The translations under genes and the position numbers were made by a program. Positions 8,430 through 18,158 of a stretch of 32,000 bases of DNA are shown here, piece after piece. The first letter of the stretch is position 1. Each line of letters opens with the position of its first letter. This DNA is from an uncultured Opitutales bacterium. Its GTDB lineage: Bacteria > Verrucomicrobiota > Verrucomicrobiia > Opitutales > Intestinicryptomonadaceae. The stretch spans positions 30,001 through 62,000 of the forward strand of contig CAKTSY010000001.1 of the NCBI GenBank assembly GCA_934613415.1, given 5' to 3'. The notes below the pieces were generated by a model. It did not search any database and had not been told where the DNA came from. It saw only the letters and a program-made list of their open reading frames with translations.

Positions 8430-9740
8430 CTATTTTACCAATTCTAATAAGGTTAGCGAATTATTTTCGTATTTGTCGTCGGCAGGTTCGCTAAAGAGAA
8501 CTTTGGTTCCGTCGCCGTTAAGCGAAGGGTGGGGGTGGTTTGCGCCGTTTTGCGCGTTTACCTTTATCTCTTTAAGGATTTCCTTTGTGCCGTTTTTCAT
8601 ATCAAGCCTGATTATGTAGCCGTAGCCCTTTTTTTTGTTGCGCACACTGTGCTTGCCCCACCACATTGTGTCGGCAACTATAATTTCGCCCGTGTCGGGG
8701 TTGGTTGAAGAATGCCAGTAGCTGTCGTAGTCGGCAACATGGTAGTCGGAGCCGTCTTTCTTCATTCTGATAATGGCTCCGCCCAATTCCGACAGCGCGT
8801 ATCTTACGGCACTAACATAGTCGCCTCCGCGCATTTCATGGCCGATGCATTCCAGCATTCTGCCCGATTTTTTGTCTATTATATGGTTGTGCAGGCATTT
8901 CTTTTCGCCTGTTTTCCAATTTATCATATTTATGCGGTCGGCAATGGTGTCGGTTATGCCTTCGTGTGCAAAAATAACGTTTTCGCCGTCGGGCATGGCT
9001 ATCCAGTGGTTTGCGTCAAAGTTGCCGCCCATGGGGATACGCTTTAAAAGCTTGCCCGTATTTATGTCCAACACCACAAACGAACGCTCGCCTATATATT
9101 CCAAACGCGGGTCTTTTTTTTCTTTGGCAAGGGCGTTTGCCGCCTCCTTTTTTGTTTTGTCTTCAACGCATATGCCAAAAAATGCCAAACCGCGCTTTTC
9201 GTCTATTTCCAAAGGCCCGTATAAATACGAGTTTTTCTTGGAGTCTTGAAATATGTATTCGGGGGCAAATGCCGTGGGACTTACTGGTTTGTTAAGGTCT
9301 ATCTTGTAAAACCTGTTGCCCTGAACACCCCAAACAACGTTGCGCGTGTGATCGTAGGTGGCTTCGCCCCTTATTATGCAAAGCTCGCGCAAAGCATTTT
9401 CTTTTAACACATATTTGCACAGAACCGAAGCTCCGCGCGGCAGACCCTTGCGCTTTACTAGGCATACAAAATAGTCGTTTTTCGGCCCCCAGTGGTTTTT
9501 GCTGTAGTAGCCTGTGTAGTGCACAGTGCCGCCGGGAATTTGTATGCGCGTTTGCTTCCAGCGATTGTTTTCGATTTCGTCTAAAAGAATTTTTAGGGGG
9601 GCGTCTTGCTCAAGGTATTCGTCTTTTACCCTTGGGTGCAGGTTCACCACATCGCCATTTGGCAGAGTTTTTTCGGCATATGCATTAAGCAAAAATGCGC
9701 AAGCCGACACAACAGCTAATAAACATCTTACATCCATCAT
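8430..9740 (-). CDS. Secreted beta-propeller protein, oligogalacturonide lyase (PL22)-like, paralog 2
   Basis: The C-terminal half is clearly homologous to the neighbour: 'FAHEGITDTIADRINMINWKTG', 'ECIGHEMRGG', 'VADTMWWG', 'NHPHPSLNGDGTKVLFSE'. Signal peptide 'MMDVRCLLAVVSACAFLLNAYA'. I use the ATG at 9740 rather than the TTG at 9749. Confidence 0.5.
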   Translation of the reverse strand: MMDVRCLLAVVSACAFLLNAYAEKTLPNGDVVNLHPRVKDEYLEQDAPLKILLDEIENNRWKQTRIQIPGGTVHYTGYYSKNHWGPKNDYFVCLVKRKGLPRGASVLCKYVLKENALRELCIIRGEATYDHTRNVVWGVQGNRFYKIDLNKPVSPTAFAPEYIFQDSKKNSYLYGPLEIDEKRGLAFFGICVEDKTKKEAANALAKEKKDPRLEYIGERSFVVLDINTGKLLKRIPMGGNFDANHWIAMPDGENVIFAHEGITDTIADRINMINWKTGEKKCLHNHIIDKKSGRMLECIGHEMRGGDYVSAVRYALSELGGAIIRMKKDGSDYHVADYDSYWHSSTNPDTGEIIVADTMWWGKHSVRNKKKGYGYIIRLDMKNGTKEILKEIKVNAQNGANHPHPSLNGDGTKVLFSEPADDKYENNSLTLLELVK

Positions 9741-9889
9741 ATTATACAATTTAAGTTTGCTTTTCTATTATTGCAAAAATGCCTTGCCCAGTCAATGTCT
9801 TTATGGTTAGACTAGCAAAGTTGGCAGAAAATTCTTGATAACAATGCAATAAAATATAAGAGTAGAAACCTTTTAAAACGTCAGCAAGT

Positions 9890-10348
9890 ATGTATAAGAT
9901 ATTGTTTGTATGCCACGGCAATATTTGCCGAAGCCCAATGGCCGAATTTATAATGAAAGATTTGGCGCAAAAAGAGGGGCTTAATTTTTATGTGGAATCG
10001 GCGGCAGTAAGCAGCGAGGAATTGGGAAATGCGGTATACCCGCCGGCAAGACGCGAACTGGCAAAACACGGCATTGCTTGCGACGGTAAGTTTGCCAGAA
10101 AAATGACTGTCAAAGACCTGCAAAAGTTCGACCTAATTGCATGTATGGATTTTAGCAACCTAAGCAACGTAAAGCGCATATGCGGCGAAAACCTTTTAGG
10201 CAAAGTGCATTTGTTGCCCGAATTTTCCGACACCGCCAACACCGAAGTAGACGACCCATGGTATACAGGCGATTTTACCGCAGCCTACAACGAAATCCTT
10301 TCTGGCTGCCAAGGCATAATAAACGCATACAAAAACAAAAAGCTGTAA
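9890..10348 (+). CDS. Low-molecular-weight protein-tyrosine phosphatase (Wzb-like)
   Basis: 152 aa. P-loop 'VCHGNICRSPMAE' (C-X5-R-S) and general-acid loop 'DDPWY'. Confidence 0.9.
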   Translation: MYKILFVCHGNICRSPMAEFIMKDLAQKEGLNFYVESAAVSSEELGNAVYPPARRELAKHGIACDGKFARKMTVKDLQKFDLIACMDFSNLSNVKRICGENLLGKVHLLPEFSDTANTEVDDPWYTGDFTAAYNEILSGCQGIINAYKNKKL

Positions 10349-10423
10349 GCGTATGAAAAAAGATTTTCTTGCCCTTAAGTGCGCTTGTTGCCATTCTGAA
10401 AACATACTCTAACTCGTATTTAT

Positions 10424-12163
10424 ATGAAAAATTTTTATTCAGCCGAACGCAACGTGCAAATTGTTATTTCTTTAATGAAACAGTACGGCATAAAAAAAGT
10501 TATAGCCTCGCCAGGGGCAACAAACGTAACCTTTGTAGCCAGCATACAGCAAGATCCCTATTTTGAAATATACTCATCGGTAGACGAACGTTCGGCAGCC
10601 TACATGGCTTGCGGATTGGCGGTTGAGTCTAATGAACCTGTTGCGATAAGTTGCACCGGGGCTACTGCTTCAAGAAATTACATGCCAGCCTTAACCGAGG
10701 CATACTATAGAAAAATTCCAGTTTTAGCTATAACGTCTTTGCAAAACCATAATAGAATAGGGCACAATATGCCCCAAGTTTTAGATAGAACAGTTTTGCC
10801 CAACGATATTGCAAAAATTAGCGTGCTACTAAGACCGGTAAAGAACAGCGAAGACGAATGGAATTGCAACCTATTGACAAACAAAGCGCTATCGGAATTG
10901 TTTCGCAATGGTGGCGGACCCGTACACATCAATTTAGAAACAGAATATTTGCAGGATTATTCGGTTGAAGTTCTGCCCGTGGCAAAGAAAATTGATAGAA
11001 TTTGTATGGGCGATAAATTTCCGGCAATAGATGCCGAAAAAATAGCTATAATTGTAGGTTCGCACAAAAAATGGTCTCAGAAACTTGAAGATGCAGTAGA
11101 TAATTTTTGCGAAAAAACCGGGGCTGTTATATTGTGCGACCATACAAGCAATTACAATGGCAAGCATAAATTTAATTGCGTTCCTTATTTTAGCCAACAA
11201 TATCTGAAAAAAAACTGTCCGGACTTAGCCATACATATAGGCGATGTATCGGGCGAGTATGCCCTTTTTGCCGCAAATCCTAAAAATGTATGGAGGGTTA
11301 ATACCGATGGCGAAATGAGGGATACATTTAAGCATCTTTCGAAAGTCTTTGAAATGTCTGAAGAAACTTTCTTTGAGCATTATGCAAAAATATGTGTCGC
11401 GAAGAAGGCTGATAAAACAACTTTGTTGGATTACTATAAGAGCCAAACAAGAGAGATTTTTGCAAAGGTTTCAGAATTGCCGTTCTCTAATTTGTGGATT
11501 GCCTCTAAAATGGCTAGCAAAATCCCGCAAGGAAGCGTTGTACATTTTGCAATTTTAAACTCGCTAAGAACTTGGAATTTCTTTGATTTACCCAAAGGGG
11601 TTTTATGCTACTCAAATACCGGCGGGTTTGGTATAGACGGGTGTATGTCGTCGTTGATAGGAGCGGCTTTGGCAAATAAAGACAAACTGTATTTTGGCAT
11701 TATAGGAGATTTATCGTTCTTTTACGATATGAACAGTTTGGGCAATAAAAATCTTGGCAATAATGTTAGAATTTTGCTTGTAAATAACGGCAAAGGTGCT
11801 GAATTTAAGTTGTTCAACCATTTGGCAAACCGTTTTGGGAACGATACCGACAAGTATATTGCAGCAAGCGGCCACTATGGAAATAAATCGACCGAATTAG
11901 TAAAGCATTATGCAACCGACTTGGGAGTTGAATATATGTGTGCTTCAAACAAAGACGAGTTTGAAAAAACATATAATAGATTTATCTCGCCAAAAATTTC
12001 CAAACCTATGCTGTTAGAAGTATTTACAGATAGCCAAGACGAAAGCACCGCGTTAAAGCTAATCAGCGAAATTACACTGTCTAAAAAAAGCGAAATATAT
12101 AAGTCCGTAAAGGAAATGATACCTCGCCAAGGCATAGAATTGCTAAAAAAAGTGCTAAGGTAG
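10424..12163 (+). CDS. Thiamine-diphosphate-dependent enzyme, MenD (SEPHCHC synthase)-like
   Basis: 579 aa. The N-terminal PYR domain 'IASPGATNVTFVASI...DERSAAYMACGLA...CTGATASRNYMPALTEAY' resembles MenD. C-terminal ThDP motif 'GIIGDLSFFYDMNSLG...ILLVNNGKGAEF' (GD-x24-28-NN). Confidence 0.65.
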   Translation: MKNFYSAERNVQIVISLMKQYGIKKVIASPGATNVTFVASIQQDPYFEIYSSVDERSAAYMACGLAVESNEPVAISCTGATASRNYMPALTEAYYRKIPVLAITSLQNHNRIGHNMPQVLDRTVLPNDIAKISVLLRPVKNSEDEWNCNLLTNKALSELFRNGGGPVHINLETEYLQDYSVEVLPVAKKIDRICMGDKFPAIDAEKIAIIVGSHKKWSQKLEDAVDNFCEKTGAVILCDHTSNYNGKHKFNCVPYFSQQYLKKNCPDLAIHIGDVSGEYALFAANPKNVWRVNTDGEMRDTFKHLSKVFEMSEETFFEHYAKICVAKKADKTTLLDYYKSQTREIFAKVSELPFSNLWIASKMASKIPQGSVVHFAILNSLRTWNFFDLPKGVLCYSNTGGFGIDGCMSSLIGAALANKDKLYFGIIGDLSFFYDMNSLGNKNLGNNVRILLVNNGKGAEFKLFNHLANRFGNDTDKYIAASGHYGNKSTELVKHYATDLGVEYMCASNKDEFEKTYNRFISPKISKPMLLEVFTDSQDESTALKLISEITLSKKSEIYKSVKEMIPRQGIELLKKVLR

Positions 12164-12189
12164 CTTTTAGTGGTTGCTTTACTTTTGCA

Positions 12190-13722
12190 ATGGCATACGT
12201 CGCTTCAAAGAAAAGACTTTTAAAGAACACTATATATTTGTTCTTAAGACAAATATTTTGCGTTTTTGTAGGTTTTTTCTCTACAAGAGTTGTTCTAAAG
12301 CAGCTTGGTGTTGAAGATTTTGGCATATACAACGTTGTATACGGCGTTGTTGCTATGTTCGAAATTGTTACGGGGGCAATACCCGTTTCTATTAGCCGTT
12401 TTATCACCTACGAATTGGGCAAAAATAACGTCGCAAAAATCCAAAAATTGTTTTCTACAGCGTTATTTATGCAAGCTTTTTTAGGGGCAGTTTTGTGCAT
12501 ATTAGCTTTTGCAGGTGGCTATTGGTTTGTATGCAATAAAATGGTTATAGCCCCAGCAAGGGTTGATATTGCAAATTATGTTTTACTCTGTGCATGCGTA
12601 AGCTTCGCATTAAGAATGTTATACGTTCCTTTTGATGCAATAATTATTGCCTACGAAAAAATGTCTTTTTACGCCTTTAAAGGTGTGTTCGAAGCCTTGT
12701 GCAAGCTGCTGGTTGCAATTTGTCTATTATTTGCTCCGTTTGATAAATTGCCATTTTTTGCTACGCTAAATACGCTTGTAATACTTGTAGTTTTAGCTCT
12801 GTGCTCGGTATATATAAAAATAAAATTTGGGCAATACAAGCAACGCCTTGCCATAGATTTTAGTATACTTAAGCATATGGGTATATTTACAGGTTGGGCT
12901 TTTTTGGGTAATGGAGCTACAATTCTCAGAGACCAAGGGCTAAATATAATGCTGAACTTGTTTTTTGGTAATGCCATAAACGCTGCAAGAGGCATTTCAA
13001 TTCAAATATCATCTACACTTGCTAGCTTTGTTAATACCTTTTTGGTTTCAGCACAACCACAAATAACAAAGTTATATGCCGATAAAAATTTGCCTGCAAT
13101 GCAAAGAACTGTTTTCTTAAGCTCGAAATTTTCATTTTTTTTAATGGCAATATTGGCTTTCCCCATAATTGCAAGAGCCGATTATTTTTTATATTTGTGG
13201 CTTGGAGAATATCCTACTTACACTAATTCATTTGTTATTTTGCTAACAATTTCGATTATAATAGATACGGTTTCCTGGCCGTTCGCAATAGGATTATTCG
13301 CTGAGGGAAATATTAAAGTTTACGAAATTGTCTTATTCATTATAAATATCTTAAATGTGCCTGCTTCGTATGTATTTTTAAAATATGGATTTAGCCCCGA
13401 TTATGTGTATTTTGTTTTGGTTGCAATGATGTCTTTAGTTGCAATTTCAAGAATTATTATGGCAAAAAAGGCGTATAATATAAGCATATCTTGCTACATA
13501 ACTAAAGTTGCAGTTAGGATTTTTGCGATTTGTGTGTTTGCAATGACCTTTTCTAAAATTCTCACAAATCTTGTGTGCATAGATTTTGCATTCGCAAAAT
13601 TTTTGTTCGATATTTCGATTACAGAAATTTTTGTTTTGATTGCAATTTTTACGTTCGGGCTAACAAGGTCAGAAAAAGCTGCATTATTCCAGCAAATAAA
13701 ACAAAAACTGCAAGGCTTGTAA
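12190..13722 (+). CDS. wzx: Wzx-type oligosaccharide flippase (MOP superfamily)
   Basis: 510 aa and polytopic. The N-terminus 'LLKNTIYLFLRQIFCVFVGFFSTRVVLKQLGVEDFGIYNVV' is typical of polysaccharide biosynthesis/flippase proteins. Located in a glycan locus. Confidence 0.75.
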   Translation: MAYVASKKRLLKNTIYLFLRQIFCVFVGFFSTRVVLKQLGVEDFGIYNVVYGVVAMFEIVTGAIPVSISRFITYELGKNNVAKIQKLFSTALFMQAFLGAVLCILAFAGGYWFVCNKMVIAPARVDIANYVLLCACVSFALRMLYVPFDAIIIAYEKMSFYAFKGVFEALCKLLVAICLLFAPFDKLPFFATLNTLVILVVLALCSVYIKIKFGQYKQRLAIDFSILKHMGIFTGWAFLGNGATILRDQGLNIMLNLFFGNAINAARGISIQISSTLASFVNTFLVSAQPQITKLYADKNLPAMQRTVFLSSKFSFFLMAILAFPIIARADYFLYLWLGEYPTYTNSFVILLTISIIIDTVSWPFAIGLFAEGNIKVYEIVLFIINILNVPASYVFLKYGFSPDYVYFVLVAMMSLVAISRIIMAKKAYNISISCYITKVAVRIFAICVFAMTFSKILTNLVCIDFAFAKFLFDISITEIFVLIAIFTFGLTRSEKAALFQQIKQKLQGL

Positions 13723-13834
13723 ACTTTTGCTTAAAAACACACATAAGAGTACAATTTCTTTGATGCGCATTTGGGGTGAAAATGCTTGACTATATGTTCT
13801 TATTTTAAAGACTTATAAGCTTAGCATTCAACTA

Positions 13835-14971
13835 ATGATTAGCCTTTTTAACTTTTTGAAAACACGCATATTTACCCGTTTTTTGTTTCCAGACAAAGGG
13901 GATATTTCCAAGCGTGTGGCAATCCTTAATTTTTCGTATAGCAACTCTAATTTTGGGGCGGTGCTTTTGTCGTATGCGACACAAAAAACACTTATCAATT
14001 TGGGCAAAATTCCCTATGTTTTAAATTTTAACCCCGAATTTAAAAATTATTGGAAAATTTCGCATATTAAGGGTATTATATCGGGTATGAACTTTATCTC
14101 TTTTAGATATAAGTTTTTAAATACCACAAAATTTTACACAAGTTTTAAATCTGTAAAAAAATCGAACCGCTTTTTTGATACGTTTGTTTTTGGTAGCGAT
14201 CAGATTTGGCGTTATGAGATAATTAAATCTGACTATGAAACGTACTTTGGCGGCTTTGTAGATAATGAAAAACGTTTGATAGCATATGCTGCAAGTTTCG
14301 GGAAAGACAAGTGGGACGAAGCCCCAAAAGCTGCAACAGAACATATTGGAGAACTGTTAAAGCGTTTCTCAAGTATAAGCGTAAGAGAGCAAAGCGGAGT
14401 AAATATATGTAAAAATGTTTTCGGTATAAATGCCGAATTTGTTTTAGACCCAACTTTACTTTTAAAAGCTAGCGATTACGCGCAAATATACGAAACTCAT
14501 AAAATAAAAATATCTGGCAAATACATATCAACGGCGTTTTTAGACAGAACCCCAATAAAGTTCGAGATATCAAAAGCTATTTCCGAGCTTACGCAACTAA
14601 AGCCTATAGATGCCACGGCAAAACGTATTAAAATTTTCGGGAAAATGCGGCCTATATACAGGTCCGTTTCGGATTGGTTATACTTAATAAAAAATGCAGA
14701 ATTTATCATTACAGATTCTTTCCATTGCTGTGTTTTTTGCATAATATTCAAAAAGCAGTTTTTATGCATAGACACAAAAAATAGAGGGAATGCAAGGCTT
14801 GAAAGCTTGTTTAAGATGTTGGAAATTCCGTCTAGAATGGCATTTACCGAGCAAGATGCTCTCAAACTCTTTAATGAAAAAATAGATTTTGAAAAGGTAG
14901 ACAAAAATTTAAATATTCTAAGAAATAAATCTATTGATTTTCTCAATGCGGCATTTTGCCAAAACATTTAA
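13835..14971 (+). CDS. Polysaccharide pyruvyl transferase family protein
   Basis: 378 aa. 'VAILNFSYSNSNFGAVLLSYATQ', 'FVFGSDQIWRYE' and 'ITDSFHCCVFCIIFKKQF' match remembered family hallmarks (NyGA..lq.yAL, GSDQvWn, TdSfHg). Confidence 0.8.
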   Translation: MISLFNFLKTRIFTRFLFPDKGDISKRVAILNFSYSNSNFGAVLLSYATQKTLINLGKIPYVLNFNPEFKNYWKISHIKGIISGMNFISFRYKFLNTTKFYTSFKSVKKSNRFFDTFVFGSDQIWRYEIIKSDYETYFGGFVDNEKRLIAYAASFGKDKWDEAPKAATEHIGELLKRFSSISVREQSGVNICKNVFGINAEFVLDPTLLLKASDYAQIYETHKIKISGKYISTAFLDRTPIKFEISKAISELTQLKPIDATAKRIKIFGKMRPIYRSVSDWLYLIKNAEFIITDSFHCCVFCIIFKKQFLCIDTKNRGNARLESLFKMLEIPSRMAFTEQDALKLFNEKIDFEKVDKNLNILRNKSIDFLNAAFCQNI

Positions 14972-14985
14972 GGTTCTAAAAAGTT

Positions 14986-16224
14986 ATGCGATCTTTTAAT
15001 TCAATTATATTCGTTTTGTTTTTTGTTTTTTACGGCATTTTGTGCATATTTCAATTCCTATCAGGGAGCGTTTTTGAAGGCGCACTTGCATCGCGCGAGA
15101 ATTCGGTGCAAATGTATTTGTATATCGTGGTATTCATAATAACCATAATGGGAATTTTACCGCATATAGGAAAATTGAATCAACAAGACAATATGTTTTA
15201 CCTTGTTTTGGTGTTCTTGTTATACTACGCATTCGCAACGCTTTTTTCGTCTTTGTACTCAAATATAAACGATATAAAATACATAGGCAATGGCATTGTT
15301 ATGTCGTCCATATCTCCACTGGCATTTATATATTTTTACTATTGTGCTAAAGATAGCAATATTTCGATTCAAAATTGCCTTACAGGCTTTCTTGCATTGC
15401 TAGCGATTGAAACATATGCCGTACTGCATTTATATGCATTTTCGTACATGCATTCAAACTCGGTAGTTATAATGCAGTTTTATACATTGTTCTTTATACT
15501 TCCATGGCTATTATGTTTGCGCAAAAATGCGTTAGTAATTTTCATATTCTTTCTGTTTGCAATATTAACGGCTTATTCATCTAAAAGAGGTGCATTTTTA
15601 ACTTTATTTGGAAGTGTAATTATATTCTATGCACTTAGAAGCTATGTTAAAAATAAAAATGTTGCCGTTGTTTTGCTATATCCAGTAGTGATAATAGTGC
15701 CGCTATTGTTGACAATGTTGTATTTTATCGATTTCTCGTTTATATTCGAGCGTTTGGGAACTATTTCTACAGACAGAGGGTCGGGTAGGTTGGATATATA
15801 CCAACTTTTGTGGGATGTATTTAGAAAATCCGATATAATAGCGCAAATATTCGGCAATGGCGGCGGTTATGGAACTAGAAATGTAACTATGCAAATAGAA
15901 ATGTTCGGTGCCCACAACGACTACTTGCAGGTTTTGCTAGATATTGGCATATTGGGGCTAATTCTTTTGTTGACGATGATATTTACCCTAGTAAAGCGAT
16001 TCTTGTTTTTGATGAAATCTATGTCATTTGTCGCTCCTGCATTTGGGGTTTCTATGGTATTTGTTTTAATATTGTCTAGCATTAGCTCTGTATTTTGCGC
16101 AAATTTCACGACTGTACCGATTTGGTCGTTCTGGGGCTATATAATAGGTGCAATGAGCGCAAATAATTACAATAATTTTTTAATATACCCTCCGCAAGAC
16201 GGTAATTTTTTATGGCAAAGGTAA
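14986..16224 (+). CDS. wzy: O-antigen polymerase/ligase family membrane protein (Wzy-like)
   Basis: 412 aa with about 10 or more TM helices. Wzy_C-type loop motif 'GAHNDYLQVLLDIGILGL'. Confidence 0.7.
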   Translation: MRSFNSIIFVLFFVFYGILCIFQFLSGSVFEGALASRENSVQMYLYIVVFIITIMGILPHIGKLNQQDNMFYLVLVFLLYYAFATLFSSLYSNINDIKYIGNGIVMSSISPLAFIYFYYCAKDSNISIQNCLTGFLALLAIETYAVLHLYAFSYMHSNSVVIMQFYTLFFILPWLLCLRKNALVIFIFFLFAILTAYSSKRGAFLTLFGSVIIFYALRSYVKNKNVAVVLLYPVVIIVPLLLTMLYFIDFSFIFERLGTISTDRGSGRLDIYQLLWDVFRKSDIIAQIFGNGGGYGTRNVTMQIEMFGAHNDYLQVLLDIGILGLILLLTMIFTLVKRFLFLMKSMSFVAPAFGVSMVFVLILSSISSVFCANFTTVPIWSFWGYIIGAMSANNYNNFLIYPPQDGNFLWQR

Positions 16225-17219
16225 ACATATTAACGGGGTCTAAAAACCCCGTATTTCTAAGGCAACTAGATGTAGAAAAATTCGCAAATGAATTCGAATT
16301 TTTTGAAAATTGCACAGACGATATTTTGTGGGACTATGTTGTTGTATACGAAGAATGCCCGATGCCAAAAAAAATACGTTGCAAAAAGGGCGGTTTATAC
16401 TTTTTTTCGGGCGAGCCTAGCGATTCTCGATTTTATGGAGAAAAGTTTCTTTCGCAGTTTGATCATATAATTGCCACGCATAAAAATATTAAAAACAAAA
16501 ATTTTATAAACGCAAACACGGCGTTGAATTGGCATTTTGGGATTGGTACTGCAACTGGCAAAATTAATTTTGATTTTGCAAAGCTAAAAGCAATGCAATC
16601 GCCTGTAAAACAAAAAAATATATCCGTAATAACGTCTAAACTGAATATGATGCCAGGGCATTTAAAACGCCTAAAGTTTTTAGACGCCTTACGCGGCCGC
16701 TATGGTAATAAAATAGACTATTTCGGCAAAGGGGTTAAGTTTATAGACGACAAAGCGGAAGCAATTTTGCCGTATAAATTTCATATTTGTCTGGAAAATA
16801 CCCCCGAAAAGAATTATTGGACAGAAAAATTTGCGGATCCTGTTTTAGGATTCGCTGTTCCCGTGTATTTTGGCGACAAATCCATTTTTGATTATTTCGA
16901 TAAAAACGCATTTTATTTTATAGATATTAACGAACCAGCAAGTGCATTCAAAATTATCGATAAAATATTGGACAACCCCGATAAACTATATGCTGAAAAA
17001 TTGCCATATTTAATACACGAAAGAAGCCGTCTTCTAAACGACTATAACTTCTTTGCCGTGTTTGCAAACTATGCAAAAACATTCGGAGTGGAAGATTCGG
17101 AGGTTTTACATACTATATACTCTGTACGTTCGTTCTTTGGCGGGAAAGTAGGGTGCTTTGTGCTTCGTTTAAAACGCGGTTTATACAAAATATATTCTAA
17201 AATTACGCCATCATGCTAA
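16212..17219 (+). CDS. GT10-like glycosyltransferase (alpha-1,3/4-fucosyltransferase family)
   Basis: 335 aa. 'YKFHICLENTPEKNYWTEKFADPVLGFAVPVYFG' matches the GT10 signature (YKF.L.FEN....Y.TEK....P.Y.G). Overlaps wzy by 13 nt. Confidence 0.65.
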   Translation: MAKVNILTGSKNPVFLRQLDVEKFANEFEFFENCTDDILWDYVVVYEECPMPKKIRCKKGGLYFFSGEPSDSRFYGEKFLSQFDHIIATHKNIKNKNFINANTALNWHFGIGTATGKINFDFAKLKAMQSPVKQKNISVITSKLNMMPGHLKRLKFLDALRGRYGNKIDYFGKGVKFIDDKAEAILPYKFHICLENTPEKNYWTEKFADPVLGFAVPVYFGDKSIFDYFDKNAFYFIDINEPASAFKIIDKILDNPDKLYAEKLPYLIHERSRLLNDYNFFAVFANYAKTFGVEDSEVLHTIYSVRSFFGGKVGCFVLRLKRGLYKIYSKITPSC

Positions 17220-18139
17220 AAATTTGCATAATAGTTCCCGTCTTCAACTTGTCTGACAAGTTGGACAACCTATTAAATTCTTTGGATAATCAGGATTTGC
17301 CTGAAAGCGAATTTGAAGTAATTTTTGTTGATGATGGTAGCAAAGACAATTCTGCAGATATTATACTAAACAGAAAACGTTCAAATTGGAGGCTAATAAA
17401 GCAGGCTAATAAAAGGCAGGGGGCAGCACGCAATAACGGCTTGTTACACACAAGCGCAGAGTATATATGGTTTGTTGACGGCGACGACGCCATTGCCCCG
17501 AATTGCCTGGGTAAACTGTATTCTTTGGCTAAAAAGAACGAATTGGATGTGCTTTTGTTTAAAATAAATAAAGTAAAAGACGGGATTATTGTAGGGCAAA
17601 TTCCAGAAGGCTATTTTGTTGCACAAAACAAGGTTTTAAGCGGCGCAAGCTATTTAAATATGCGACAGCTTACGCTTTGTTCGGTTTATATATATAGACG
17701 CCGTTTTTTGACGGAAAACAATTTGCATTATTTAGAAGATATGTTTTTTGAAGATTCCGAATTTATGCCGCGCATCTTTTGCTTAGCAAAAAGAATTATG
17801 TATGTACCAATACCGGCATATATGTATATAGAAAGAATAGGCTCTACAACAAATGCAATTGCACCCGAAAAGGTGCTATCTTGCGCCAAGGCAACAATGC
17901 AAATGTGCAATAATGCTATAGCGGCTAAAAAAGAAGTTAAAGCTTCTATGCACTACTATGCAGCAATGCAGTTTAACACAACATTTGCGATGTATAGAAA
18001 GCTAAAAAACAAAAAATCGGTGCAATTTGATAAACCCTTAAAACACAAAGTTATTTTTTCTATGCTGAATGCAAAACATTTTAAATATTTTTTAGAAGGA
18101 GTTCTTTTGCAGCTATTTTGGAGTTTTATCTTTAACTAA
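17213..18139 (+). CDS. Family 2 glycosyltransferase
   Basis: 308 aa. 'IIVPVFN', 'VIFVDDGSKDNS' and 'FVDGDD' (DxD). Overlaps the upstream gene by 7 nt. Confidence 0.85.
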   Translation: MLKICIIVPVFNLSDKLDNLLNSLDNQDLPESEFEVIFVDDGSKDNSADIILNRKRSNWRLIKQANKRQGAARNNGLLHTSAEYIWFVDGDDAIAPNCLGKLYSLAKKNELDVLLFKINKVKDGIIVGQIPEGYFVAQNKVLSGASYLNMRQLTLCSVYIYRRRFLTENNLHYLEDMFFEDSEFMPRIFCLAKRIMYVPIPAYMYIERIGSTTNAIAPEKVLSCAKATMQMCNNAIAAKKEVKASMHYYAAMQFNTTFAMYRKLKNKKSVQFDKPLKHKVIFSMLNAKHFKYFLEGVLLQLFWSFIFN

Positions 18140-18158
18140 AAAACGTATTACAAAGCGT

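Noticed and set aside
10424-12163. Calling the ThDP enzyme menD (menaquinone biosynthesis)
   Set aside because: No other men genes are nearby, and it is embedded in a glycan operon. I kept the family-level call (MenD-like ThDP enzyme) and left the gene symbol empty.
16367-16409. Homopolymer runs in glycan genes as phase-variation switches: A8 at 16367-16374 and T7 near 16403 in the GT10 gene, and T8 at 13135-13142 in wzx
   Set aside because: Runs of 7-8 A/T are expected by chance in DNA this AT-rich, and they encode ordinary Lys/Phe codons. Without population-level length variation there is no evidence of switching.
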